From NCBI RefSeq assembly GCF_009914755.1, contig NC_060931.1: DNA of 64,000 nt; one strand, given 5' to 3'. The notes beneath the pieces are model-generated. The model made no database searches and was not told where the DNA came from. It saw only the letters and a program-made list of their open reading frames with translations. Made by a program: the position numbers and the translations under genes. How positions within the stretch are numbered: position 1 is the first letter of the stretch; each line of letters starts with the position of its first letter. Origin of the DNA: the human T2T-CHM13v2.0 reference genome, Homo sapiens. This document shows, in pieces, positions 1-12,718 of the stretch.

Positions 1-329
1 AAATCTCACCAGGGCCCCAACACTACTCTGCCACATATTTATGCTTCATTGGTCACTACCTTTTTCACATTTTATCAGTCTTCTCAACTAAGTTCAAATA
101 CTTCCAGCCGAAAACAAAGCCAACAAATCAACTAATCACATAACCAGATAAAACTCACATTAAAAAATAAAAAAGCAAAAAAAAAAAAAACTAAAAACAA
201 GCAAACCTTTTCATTTTACATTCTCCTTTAGCCATTGCTGTCTCTCTCCTTTTTTATCACAACACTTCAAACTTATCTCTTCATTTCCTTGTCTGCCATT
301 TACTCTCAAAACAAAAGTGTTCCCTGCCC

Positions 330-795
330 CCATTATTCTAGTTAAATATCTTTAACAAGATTGCCATTGCACACCCATCGGACTTTTAAATATATTCTTA
401 TCTAACTAGAACCCATAACATCATTTGATGTTTTTGATCTTCTCTCACCTCTCCTACTTGAATTCTATTAAAGCACACACTACTAGTTTTCTTTTGGTAA
501 CCCATGTTTCTTTATCTGTTTGGAAATGCTCACATCACTGTCATTTTCAGGCCTTCTTCCTCTTCAACTATATTCATGGATTGAGCAATCTCACAAATTG
601 TATGACATTAATTTTCACTCATTTTCAAATGGCTGTCTCAACCCCAACACAACCAAAAATCTAACATATTCCACTTGGATATTTTGTAAACTAGCATCGC
701 CAAATTTGAACATGTCCTAACTCATAGAACTGTTCTTCCTTGTGTACCACAGAGCCTAGAGTACAGAACACATGTAATAAATTGTTGTGTGAAGT
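330..795 (+). mobile_element. L2 LINE fragment (3' region)
   Basis: Degenerate L2 motifs 'ttccacttggatatt...caaatttgaacatgtcc' and a 3'-end-like 'agagcctagagtacagaacacatgtaataaattgttg'; boundaries approximate. Confidence 0.55.
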
Positions 796-2899
796 CATGA
801 AAATGAGTTCATATAACCATGCTTCACTAATTATAAAATTAATTCCCATTTCACCAAATCCCGGTGAAAAGCTGAATAACTTTTTCCATTTAAGTATGAT
901 TTTCATGTCTATGAATTAAAAGTTGCATAAATATGACAGAGAAAAGTTGAATAATTATGAAAGAGAAGAATTTTAAATAACAGCTAAGGCTTAACATGAA
1001 TTAAAGTAAGTAAAAAGAAAAGTTTGGGAATATACTCTTGGTTAATTTCTTTATATTTGTTAAGATGTAAGAAGTGAGGTCACTTTAGAACTAAGTATAA
1101 GTTCAGTTATGAACTAAACAGTAACATTTTCAAATAATTCTACAGTGTTTAATAAACATCTTTCATTGCTGATTCTCTAAGTAATTTTATACCTTAGATA
1201 TAGTAAGTATTTAGGAAAATATTTGGATTCTCTGTTCTTATTTATTTGAATATACAACTGTACTTGATAACTTCACCAGTTCAATTTTGAAAGAGGAGTT
1301 TTGGCTCCTGCAACAGTTGCTATATTGTCAAATATTGAATTTACAATTTGTATTGCATACCACTTAATGCATTCTTAAGTAACTCAATCCAAAATAAATA
1401 TTAAGCATACAAATTTTAAAGATTTAAGATTTCCGTTACTATAATACCCAAAGCCAGGAAGAAATTTTGCCAAAGCCATTACATAATCTATTATGTATTA
1501 TTTATATTGCATTGAGTAGTGTAAGGGAAAATAAGCATTTATTCCACAGTTAACCTATAGAATTAAAATGATTATGAATGCAACAATGAATACGGGAATG
1601 TAAGAGTGAAATATTGTGGACATAGATGAAGAACAAATAATGTGAAGAAATTATTTTTCTAAAACAAAATATCAGAGTTTATTAATTAATATGCTTATCT
1701 TAGTCAAGAGCTGGACTATTGAAAATTCAATTTAAAAATTGATCTATACTATCATAATCAGAAATATTATATTTAGAAATGCCAATTATATCATCTACAG
1801 GACTTAAGCTACAGAGGAATACATCATTTAAGAAAATGTCAGATTGAACACTTTCTCTAAAGTTTAAAACAATTTAGATTACTATGGTCAACATGGTCAG
1901 GTGGCAATTTTAGTATTTTAAAAATTGGAAAAAATAATAAAATATTTGAACACAAATAATTTACAAAGTAACCACTGGATAATATTTGCAGGTATTGGCA
2001 GCACATTAAGTAATAAGCTTGATGATGCTTCTCTCTCTTAGACACCCCAAAATGAAAACCAAACTACTGTGAAAGCACTTTGGTCTGGCTAATCCTCGAT
2101 CTCATCCTAGATGAGACTTGGATGTCTAACCCTTCTTTGTGCAAACTTCAACCAATCCTTACCTTCTGAGCTTTACAGCAGTCCTTCATTTTTAAAAAGC
2201 CATTTGGCCTCCAATTTTGAAAACTTTCAGGGTTTTGAAGAAAAATTAGGGAGGTTTTGATTGCTAACCTCCTCCCTTATTAGTTGAAGAAGGATCTAAA
2301 ATTTTATCAAATTCTTGTGGTAAATCAGCTTGGCCATGAAAATTTAATCAGCAATGAAAGGAACCTGGAACCAGCCTTTAAAACCTAGCCAGGTATTCTC
2401 CCTGACAACATCTCAAGACCACTAGCTACTTACTAATAGTTTTGATAACATTTCTTAAGCAGAATTTACATAGCACCTAGAAGGTTAAAAAAAAAAGACA
2501 ATAGGTTTAGATTATACAAGACAATAGATCCAGATTATTATAAAAGTTATATCCTCTGTTAACAAGGTTATTTTTTTCTAGCATGCCACCTTTCAGATAA
2601 ACATAAAAACTATTTCATCAATATTATTTATTAAACTTTCATTTACCATGGCAAGAGGACAACATGTGAAATACACAAATACAAAGCAAGTTAAGTACGC
2701 ATGGTTTTTGCCTTCCAGAATCTGAACTCAGAACCCATTATATACACTTTTCTATAGCCTATGAAAGATAAAATTTGCATATTAAAAATTCTAGATATTA
2801 TTGTAGTGGGTGTTAATTAGCTGGAGGAAACTCAGCACTTAAATCATAACACTTGTTTGACTCAGCAAAAATGGAATGTTGCAGCTTTGTAATCTGATA

Positions 2900-3068
2900 G
2901 ACCACAGAAAAAATTGAAATTATACCAGTTAGTATTTTTTCAATCTGGAAAATGATGGTGATAATGAAAGACATGCATAATTATGGAAATTATGAAAACA
3001 TATATCCTGTGCCTAATGTTTCCTGGCATATACCAGGTACTTTTAAAATGTAAAGTGTTGTTATTTTT
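2900..3068 (+). mobile_element. MIR SINE fragment
   Basis: Core-like 'atctggaaaatgatggtgataat' and tail 'cctggcatataccaggtacttttaaaatg...ttatt'. Confidence 0.5.
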
Positions 3069-3069
3069 T

Positions 3070-3810
3070 AGCAAGTAACTCTTATGCAAGCATTGTGCCT
3101 CAGGCCCTGTGTCATGCTCTGGATAAAATGAGGAATAAAAACAATAGGATCTGTATCTAGAGGGAGCTCCAGCAATGGAATTCATTTTATTATTATTTTT
3201 AAAATTTCCCACTTGTATTTTAGGTTTTGTGCTGGGAATATTATAGTGAATAAAGAAAACTGGGTCCTTATTCTTGTGGAGAGATAACAAATGTAAAATT
3301 ATCAAGCTATAATAACAAATTCAAATAAAAGCCCAGAATACAAAGAAGGAACTTGATACTAGGGTTTAGGGAAAGGATTCCTTGGAAAGGACATTTACAC
3401 AGAATCTGTGGGGGTAAGGTTAGGAGGCTGTAGGTAAGGGAAGGAGTTGGCAAAGCAATTCTGGAGGAAGAATCAGTATAGAAAATACAAGTGAAGTTCT
3501 ACTAAAGGAAAGTATATGTTGTTTCACAGAAAAAGCATTAGTATTAGTACACTGGAGTGGAGAAGGAGAATGGCTTAAGATGAAGATGGAGAGGGAACAA
3601 GGGCCAGGTCAGGTAGAAAAATGTAGACTGTGTAAGCATTTTTAAATTTTATTCTTCAAATAAAGCATAGCCTTTAAAGGACTGTTACAGAAAGTTGACA
3701 TGATATGATTTAAATATTAAGATTACCGTGGCTGCTTAGGGAAAAATAAATTCAAGGAAAAGTTGATGTAGGCAGACACGGTGGGATATTATTGGAATGC
3801 TTCAGGCAAC
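3070..3810 (-). mobile_element. L2 LINE fragments
   Basis: Antisense L2 3' motifs ('caggccctgtgtcatgctctggata', 'gtgctgggaata...gtgaataaa', 'gacatgatatgatttaaatattaagattaccgtggctgct'). Confidence 0.6.
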
Positions 3811-4485
3811 ATAGGTAATTCAGAATTTTTAATGACAGCTAGAATAAAATAAACATGAATTGGCAAAAAAAATAGTATCTAGGTCTAAAAGAAAGGTGCA
3901 TCACCTTGCTTTACAATGATGAGGCATTTTGACTAAATTGGGTTTGAAGGGATTACATTTAGTTATGGGTTTTGTCTAGATTCTACGAATATTATGTAGT
4001 AGGTATTAGTTTGAATACCCTTTCCCCCTTTCTTTTTAAGATCACCGTCTCAATATCTTCCTGGGGAATTTCCTCACTCTGTGAAGTCATAGTTAGACTT
4101 TGATCAGAATGTCTTGCTCTTCTCTAATTAAGGGATAGGACAACTGATCTATTTATCCAGATTTTGAAACTTTAGAAGGCTCAGCAAAAGGGGGAGAAAG
4201 TTTGGCTGCTAAATATTTGCAGAAGTTACTGCCTGATAAAACTATCAATTAGCTTCCTCCACTTGGAACCTTGATTCTACTCCAGTTCCAGTTCCTTCAA
4301 AATTAGTTACTCATTATTCTCCTTAAGTGTCTGAACTGTTTCACATGTTTACAATAAATTATTATTTTGCTAACACCAGCTAGGCACTGTTACTGTTCAT
4401 TTCAATCAAAGTGACGCAGCAGACATGCACTAAGTGATGAGTAACATGCAGAACAAACTGGAGGACCTCCAGGAAGAAGTTCTTG

Positions 4486-4660
4486 CAGTGGTTCTTAACC
4501 TGTTGTTAATGTGAGAGTGCCACAGGTCTTCTTTCTCTAAAATTTCATATATGCACAAACACATGATACCTTGCATGCAATTTCAGGGAGTTCATGAACC
4601 CCTGAATTCATTCCCTAAAAGCCCCTAGGTGTTAGTGAAGCCCAAATTAGGAACACTTGT
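4486..4660. mobile_element. hAT-Charlie-type non-autonomous DNA transposon (MER5-like ends)
   Basis: Terminal 'cagtggttcttaacc' ... 'ttaggaacacttg' degenerate inverted ends typical of Charlie/MER5-group MITEs. Confidence 0.5.
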
Positions 4661-7084
4661 CTAAATACACAATTCTCTCCTCAAAATAGTTAAGTACTGC
4701 AATATCCTTCACATTTAGTTTAATTCTGAACTCCTCTTCAAAAAGTTGGTGATGTAGAATATGAAAGAAGACACCAGACAACAATTGAATGAAAATACAA
4801 TTAGGAGTATACATCTTATGTCAAAGGAGAGTTTTTTTAAAAAAAATTACATTTGACAATTTCACCTGAAAAGAAATGAACCATGTTGCTTCTAATGATA
4901 CCAAGGCCTCAATAACGTGAAAAGTTGAATCTACTTAGAAATCACATACAAAAGAATGGTTGTTTGTAGGGATCTCTCTATAAATATTCTCTTATACTCC
5001 AAATTGGAAATTTTGAGTATAAATGTATTTTTGGTACCATGGTAAGTATCAATGAAGAAAAATACCCAAGTGAATATTTTTGTTTTTGTTTTTCTGAACA
5101 GTCTATTTTTTTTTTTTTGCTCAAAATTGCTACTCAGCAATTCATTAGTTATCAATTAGAGAATTTTCTCATTTCTTGGTACTGTCATACTATTATCATT
5201 GATGTACATTTGAGATACTAGATGCTTTATAAAAGCATTTCAAAATAAGCATTTTATAAAATAAAATAAGTGGCATTAATTTGGAGAATTGGGAAAAATA
5301 AAAGGAGAATTTTTCACTTTGGAAGAAAATTAGAGATATCATTGAGTCTAGCAAAATATAGGTGGCAATAATTGTTTTACTGACTTAATTTAGAGAAAGT
5401 TTTCTTACCATTCTGCCTGTCATGAACAAATCCAAATTGATAACTGCCAACTATAGATTTTCAGAAACATTTTATTATTGAAAGTATTTACTAAAATTGC
5501 TTTGAATAAAATAAGAAAAAAGGAAGATCCCTTAAAGCTTTGTTTTGTTAAACATCAAATCTACTTGAGTATACAAATACACATAGATATATAAAATATG
5601 TATTAATTAGGTATATTTATATTTGCATATATTCAAATTAAATACATTTTATTTGAACATTTCTGCGACAGAGCTAGGCATCACCATGTGTTTAAAATGC
5701 ATCACATTTTTTGAGGATTATGAATGTTGTCAATGTTGTAATTCTATAACATACTTAAAATAAATATGTGAAATGCATTTCATTAGGCACACAACATATG
5801 CAGCCGACGGAAAATAAAGATTGTTTCCGTATGGGGCTTCGTATTCTGACTGCCTTCAAAAAGATAACTGAAACATAATAGATTAAGATCATTTTACAGC
5901 CTGGATAGTAGCATTTGGATTTGGAACAGAAAAAAAAAATACCTGCTTATTAAAGTGGCTACAGTACAGCCACTGCAGTTTGCACAAGGAATCCTGAAGC
6001 TTTGATGCCCAAGCTTGTGTACTCATTGTTTGAAAGAACTAAATGAAACTCAGGTTAATTATCTCTCAGTCTGTGTAATGGAGACATGCCAGATCTTCTA
6101 AAAAAATAAAAAATAAAAAATAAATAAAAGATGTTGCTGATCAGGGTGATGATCTGCAGCTTATCAGAAAACATCTAAGATTCATTTTCTTTTTATAGTT
6201 AAACTGAACTCTTTTCCAGAGATTCATGATCTTGCAAATTAGCCCCTCCAGACGCTGGGAAAAGCTTGTAAAGATTTTTTTTTCTCTTCACCTGCTTGAA
6301 TTGAAAATGAGTAACAAGTGTGAAAGTGCTTTAATATTACAAATGTGAAAATCAGGACTTTGATCAAGAAGAAACTCTAATCAAGATATGCAGAACTGAA
6401 ACACAGTTAAAGATATAATATTTTATTTGGAACAGATCTTGGATTGAATATAAAGTATTACATAAAGCCTAAGAACATGATAAACTATGAAAGAGAACAT
6501 ATTTAATCTGTAGGCAATAGGCAAGTGTTTTTAACTGTTCTTCTCTAACAATTCTTTACTCTGTTGTTCTTAAGGGAAAGCCCTATCATTTTTGCAATGG
6601 ATATACATTCCATATTTCATGAAGCTCTATATTTCCATTGTGCTGTCTTTAATCATAGACATGGTTTCAGCTCTAGTCTGAGATTTCAGGAAATTGCAGA
6701 AGTGATTGTCATCACAGACACAGCTTAATTTCTAGTGTGGTGATGACATAACAATTTGCCCAAGGCCAAACCAAAACAGAAAAGTCTTTTATAAAATGAT
6801 AGAGTGGTTTATTCCACAGCTTGAAAATTCACTATAATAATATTAGGGAATGTTAATTAGAAATTTAGTTTAGATTGAGCTTTGAAACCTTAATGCAATT
6901 GATTGCATGGGAAATATTCGACATTATGATAATGAAAAAATTATATTACACTCTTTCTTACACATAGGAATTTCATTTAGTTTTTAGGGAAGGCAGATGT
7001 TATATGGCCAAGAAATGAAGAGAAAGTAGAGATAAAACCAAGAAAGTGGAAAATAATATCTAAATACTTATGTATGACTATATT

Positions 7085-7292
7085 CATATTTGGAAGTCCA
7101 GGAGACTTGTTTCAATTACTATTTGCTGCTCTATAGTTATAAAGTTTTGGTAAGTTTATTAACTCTGGGTTTTCAACAGTATCAAAACTGCAAGATTTTT
7201 ATGTGTGAAAATGACATTAAAGGAAAAAAATAGGATTGTTAGCTATTTAATATAATACCACCTATTAGAAGCACAGTAAATAATAGCTATTG
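7085..7292 (+). mobile_element. MIR SINE fragment
   Basis: 'ttggaagtccaggagacttg', 'taagtttattaactctgggttttc', tail 'cacagtaaataatagctatt'. Confidence 0.45.
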
Positions 7293-7729
7293 AATTTTTC
7301 TAGAACTGTATTATGTAGATCTTTCAGACATGTTTATATTTGGCAGAATTTAGAGCCCTGAGACCTATCAAATTGAAAGTGAACAAGATCTAAAATGCAA
7401 TTTCTTAGGAGAAGTGCTTGTTTATAATGTATAATCAACAACCTAATAGTTTCAGGGATAAGAAAATTGTGTCCTTTGGACTGGAATTAATTCTGCTTTT
7501 TATCATGTACTCCAACCCTTTCTTTTCACTTCATAGTCCTAACTCCTGTATTTTATTTCAATGCACACTTAGAAAACCTTAATAATGTTTATTTTAAACC
7601 AACAAACATGCAAACAACTGGGGAGAATGCTCATCAAAATCTTACATTAGTCAGAAATTAAATATCACAGAAAAAAATATACAAGGGAGATGATTGGTGA
7701 AAGTTGGCACTTAGAAAAAGTAATGTCCA

Positions 7730-7915
7730 CTAAAAAGATCTTGAAATCTGAAGGTTTATAGCCTTCGAAAAAAGTTTGGAATGTAATTTACTTCACCTTC
7801 CTGCCTTACATAGAACCTCCTCTAAACAAGTTCATATATATGGCAATCTCCTTTGCTTTTAAAGAGTTCCAAGTTCTGAAATTCCATCAACTCACTAGGT
7901 AATTAATTATATCTT
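7730..7915 (-). mobile_element. L3/CR1-like fragment
   Basis: 'ctttgcttttaaagagttcc...ccatcaactcactaggtaa' resembles the antisense CR1/L3 3' region. Confidence 0.35.
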
Positions 7916-8079
7916 ATTGTAAATTTGTTACAATGCCTATGCTTAAGGGGCAATATGGTTGTTTTGTAAATGTGGTAATCTGAATAAAAGATTGAGGCCT
8001 ACCAAATTACACTGCTTTGCAGAAAATTTATAAGCATTTAATAAATCAGTTATGAAATATATATTATTTATATTTAGGA

Positions 8080-8750
8080 AGTACTAGTTGGTTGATTGCA
8101 TTGGGGGTAAGCTATAGGAAGGTGTCATATAAGACACAAAGTTTCTGCTGTAAATTTAGATGAGTAGCCTGTTAGGATGTTTCCACCATGAGTTCAGTTT
8201 TGAACACACAGATTGTGAAATACCATTCAAGAAGAGGTGTTCCCTATGCAGTTGTATACTCACTAGGTAACTAATTATATCTTATTATAAATTTGTCATG
8301 TCTGAAACGTAGAATAGAAAGAGGCCTGTGCTGATGATAGAATCTTGGAAGTGATCAGCAGGTAAACAGCATTTAAAGCCATTGAAGTTAGTTGGTTCAC
8401 ATAAGTAAAGAGCAAAAATGATTAACAAAGGTGTGAACAAAGGAGCTAACAGACTCCTGAAAGCAAAAAATAATGAAAAGGATCTGGGAGAAAGGTAGAA
8501 ATAAAACTGGAGTGTTTAGTATCTGGGAGGGATAGGAGGAAAATTTTCCAAAACAGAATAGTCAACTGTGTTGGAGGCAGTTAAGAAGCAAGGAAAGTAA
8601 TGACCAAGTTTCCATTAGAAATGATTGGTAAACATACCAAGATCATTTTTATGCAAAAGTTTGGTGTCTGGGGTAGGAAGGTGTTGAAATGGTTTGAGAA
8701 GAGAATGGGAGGTAAAAGGAGGAGAAAGTCTAATACGACAGGAATGACTT
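8080..8750 (-). mobile_element. L2 LINE fragment
   Basis: 'atgagttcagttttgaacac', 'gcagttgtata', 'gcatttaaagccattgaag', 'gtcaactgtgttgga' antisense L2 motifs. Confidence 0.65.
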
Positions 8751-8754
8751 CAGT

Positions 8755-9101
8755 GAAGAAGAAAGAAGAAGAAGAAGAAGAAGAAGAAGAAGAAGAAAAG
8801 AAGAAGAAGAAGAAGAAGAAGAAGAAGAAGAAGAAGAAGAAGAAGAAGAAGAAGAAGAAGAAGAAGAAGAAGAAGAAGAAGAGAGGAGGAGGAGGAGGAG
8901 GAGGAGGAGGGGGAGGAGGAGGGGGAGGAAGAAGAAGAAGAAGAAGAAGAAGAAGAAGAAGAAGAAGAAGAAGAAGAAGAAGAAGAAGAAGAAGAAGAAG
9001 CAGCAGCAGAAGCAGAAGCAGAAGCAGAAGCAGAAGAAGAAGAAGAAGAAGAAGAAGAAGAAGAAGAAGAAGAAGAAGAAGAAGAAGAAGAAGAAGAAGA
9101 A
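8755..9101 (+). repeat. Compound polypurine microsatellite: (GAA)~11-(GAA)~27-(GGA)~15-(GAA)~24-(GCA)3-(GAAGCA)4-(GAA)~23
   Basis: Read directly; 347 bp with no T and only 7 C on the + strand. It produces the homopolymer ORFs 8581..9156, 8600..9142 and 8730..9233. Confidence 0.98.
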
Positions 9102-9503
9102 GGATATGGTTTGGATATTTGTCCCCCAAAGTCTCATGTTGAAATGTAATCCCCAATGTTGGAGGTGGGGCCTGGTTGGAGGTGTTTGGGTCATGGAGGT
9201 GGATCCCTCATGGTTTGGTGCTGTCCTTGCCATAGTGAGTGAGTTCTCATGAGATCTGTTTGTTTAAAAGTGAGTGGCAAGTCACCACCCCCATTCTCCC
9301 TCCTTCTCCACTCCTGCCATGTGAGACACCCGCTCCCCTTCACCTTCCACCATGATTGTAAGCATCCTGAGGTCTCACCAGCAGCAAATTGTGGCACTAT
9401 GTTTTGCATACAGCCTGCAGAACCTTGAGCCAATTAAATCTCTTTGCTTATAAATTACCCAGCCTCAGGTATATGTTATAGCTATGCAAAAACAACCTGA
9501 TAA
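9102..9503 (+). mobile_element. MST (MSTA/MSTB) MaLR solo LTR
   Basis: Starts 'gatatggtttggatatttgtccccc', contains 'gaaatgtaatccccaatgttggaggtggggcctgg', ends 'aattacccagcctcaggtat...gcaaaaacaacctgata'. Confidence 0.88.
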
Positions 9504-10734
9504 AGAGATTATTTTTCATGAGGAAAGAGGGGAACAACACATAGAGTGAAAAATTGGGAGGTGACATGAACCCAAGGAAACTTGAGGAAATGGCCTTTGA
9601 TAGGAGGAGCATTTTTTTTTCATGATTTAAAATTATCAGCTGAGAATGACAGTGGTAGATGGAGCATCTCAGAAACTGGAAAAAAAGAAGTGGCTAGAAA
9701 AATATTAAGATATCTTGCAAGTGTTGAGGACACGGTTAGTGTTAATAATAATGTGTTTACACTCATGTTATTATGAAGGTTATTCAGTTTTCCCTAGCTG
9801 TATTCTGATGGCATGAAGAAAGCGAATGCTTTGATGTAGAGTTTTGGGAATTGGGGTTTAATCCAGCCTAATCAGGTCTTTGCATATAGTGAATCCAAGC
9901 ATGATAGTGAAGTGAATATAGCAAGAAACTGATGGGTAGGAAAAACTGGACAGGTCAAGCATTTATAAGAATGAATGAGGTGGAAAATTATTAACAGTGG
10001 AAAAAGTTGTTTGAACAATTTATGTTTGTGGACAGTCAGTGGGTTTATGTGTAAATATATATTTACATAATTGGAATTATCCTCAACATAGTGTTGAGTT
10101 GCAACTTGTCACTAAAAAGTCTTTGTACATATATTACTGGCTGAAAGATTCTACCATGTGAATGTATTTAACCATCCCCCCCTTTGTAGTTGTTCCCAGC
10201 TTTTGCTACCCTAAATAATGCTGTGATAAACATTCTTGTACATAAATATGAGAGCCACTAAGAAACAAAAAGACAATTGTTTTTGTTCTTAGTAAACCAA
10301 TGCTTTACTTTCCAATATTGAAATTTCTAGGCAAAGGAAAATAAGAATAATTCAATGGAATCAACATCAAATCCTGGTAGACTTCCACCTTAAATATTAA
10401 TTTTTGCAATACTGACACCTTTGGTGTGGTAGCATTTTCAATTTGCATATTTTTCTTTAAAAAATTATTTTCAAAAATTCATGATTAAACAAAACTCGTT
10501 TTTGAAGTTTGAAAAAAGATACATTGAAAGTTGCCTGTAGTACTCGGTTCAGGATCTAACTCTTTAAAAATATTAGTTAAAATTAAAGTTTTAGAGTGCT
10601 TTAATGGTAATGTATTTTAATTACTTCAGTTTAAGATTATAAAGTTGTTGCTTGGAGAAATGATTCCTTTTTCTAGTCACATAATGATTTCCTTAAAGAT
10701 ACTAAATATTAAAGATAATACTTTTTGAAAAAGG

Positions 10735-11610
10735 CACAATTAAGACCCTTAAAAATATTAAATGAAATGTGTCAAAATGACACTTAACTCATTAAACATT
10801 AAGGAACCAGTAAGATGTTATCACTGGTTCAAATAACCATACATATAATAAGACTATTAGGAATGGTGGAATACATTTATTCAATAGATGACAAACTGTT
10901 AAACCTGGTCAATATACACATAATACAATAACCAACTGAAACTCCACCAGACGGTTACATTTCTAAGGACAATAGTAATTTGCATTACTTTAAATATTCT
11001 ATAACTTAATAGAGCTGTAAAATAGTCCAAAGACAATGAAACGCACAGGTAACCAGAAATTGTGCTAGCTAGTCAGGACACCCAATCATTTTTCTTGTTT
11101 ATTTGTAAGTATTTTGCAATTATCTAGCATCTCCCATTTCCCATTTATTAAAAGAAAACAATGATTAGTATTTATTACATGATAAAACTGGTCTCATTAT
11201 GGTTGGCAGGATTATTTAGGAAGATGCTGCAAATGTGTTACTTTACCATGTGGTACTCCTGTAGTTTGCTTAGCAAATCTAAACATACACAATCTTAAAA
11301 AGTTACTGAGGTCACAGGAATAATACTGTCTAGATGTTTCATAATGAAAAATCTCAGCTGAAACTTTGAAAAGTCTCCCTTAATTGCTATTCAGAGCATA
11401 GGAAACCAAGCCACACAAACTCTCCACAATTAGATTCCACTTGTGGTATATAATAATTTGGGTAAATTCCTCTCTTCACAAGATGCCACAAATTTACTTA
11501 GGTGCCTGAACCCACTAAGTCTGGAAACAGATATTTCCCTGGAAGAACTTTGTAAGCATTGGCTCCAGGAGTGAAACCACCTACATTCCGTAACAGTGGT
11601 TTCTCATACC
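10735..11610 (-). mobile_element. ERV1 (MER4-group) internal-region fragment
   Basis: 'cttaactcattaaacattaaggaaccagtaagatg', 'ataatttgggtaaattcctctctt', 'ggaagaactttgtaagcattggct' recalled as MER4-group internal motifs. Confidence 0.5.
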
Positions 11611-12230
11611 ATTTTATTTTGTATGTTCTATTTTTTTAATTGGCAAGTAAAAAATAAATATATTCATGATGTACACATAACATTTTGATATATGTATACA
11701 TTGTGGAATGTCTAAGTCAAGCTATTTAACATGTGCATTACCTCATGTACTTATTATTTTTTGTAGTGAGAACAATTGAAATCCACATTCTTAGCCATCT
11801 TCAAGTATAAAATATATTATTAATCACAGTCACCATGAGGTACAATAAATATCTTGAACTTATTCCTCCTGTCTTTCTGAAATTTTGTATACTTTGACCA
11901 ACATCTTCCCAATTCCCTCAATTCCCAGCCTCTGGTAACCAGCATTTTACTCTCCATTTCTATAAGTTCAACATTTTCTACCCTCTACAAATAATTGGAT
12001 TATGTGGCATTTGTCTTTCTGTGTGTGGCTTCTTTCACTTAACATAATGTCTTTCATGTTTTTGCAAATGACAGGATTTTCTTCTTTTGTATAGCAAAAT
12101 TGGATTCCATTTATATACATCACATTTGCTTTATCCATTCACTTGTTGATGAATTCACTTAGGATGAATCTATATCTTGGCTACTGGGAATAATGTTGCA
12201 ATGAACATAGAAGTGTATGTATCTCTACAC

Positions 12231-12489
12231 AAATGTTGAACTTACAGAAATGGAGAATAAAATGCTGGTTACCAGAGTCTGGGAAGTGAGGGAATTGGGA
12301 AGATGTTGGTCAAAGTATACAAAATTTCAGATAGACAGGAGGAATAATTTTAAGATATTTATTGTACATCATGGTGACTATGATTAATAACAATGCTGAA
12401 CTTACAGAAATGGAGAGTAAAATGCTGGTTACCAGAGTCTGGGAACTGAGGGAATTGGGAAGATGTTGGTCAAAGTATACAGAATTTCA
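12231..12489 (+). repeat. Inverted, doubly copied local duplication (160 bp + 98 bp copies of the reverse complement of 11817-11976)
   Basis: 12231-12390 is the reverse complement of 11817-11976; 12392-12489 is the reverse complement of about 11878-11975; few mismatches. Confidence 0.92.
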
Positions 12490-12718
12490 TTTCCTTTAGA
12501 TATATATATTTATATATATCTAGTGGTGGGATTGATGCATTACATAGTTGTCCTATTTTTAATTATCTGAAGAACTTCTATCCTGTTTTCCTTAGTGGCT
12601 TGGCTAATTTACATTTCTACCAATAATGTGCAAGAATTTCAATGTCTCCACCTCCTCTCTGACACCTATCTTTCTTTTATGATAATAGTCATCCTAACAA
12701 GTGTGAGATGATATCACT

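Noticed and set aside
4970-5047. Possible 72-nt exon with a strong donor ATG|GTAAGT and an internal hairpin
   Set aside because: Weak polypyrimidine tract, no recognisable peptide and no partner exons; expected by chance.
8700-9130. Identity with the FXN or FGF14 disease GAA loci
   Set aside because: The FXN repeat lies within an Alu and this one does not. The flanks (L2 and MST LTR) do not match the FGF14 flanks as I recall them; mapping would settle it.
8581-9233. ORFs of 167-191 aa with poly-L/P/F/S/K/R/G runs
   Set aside because: Stop-free translations of the GAA/GGA microsatellite, not genes.
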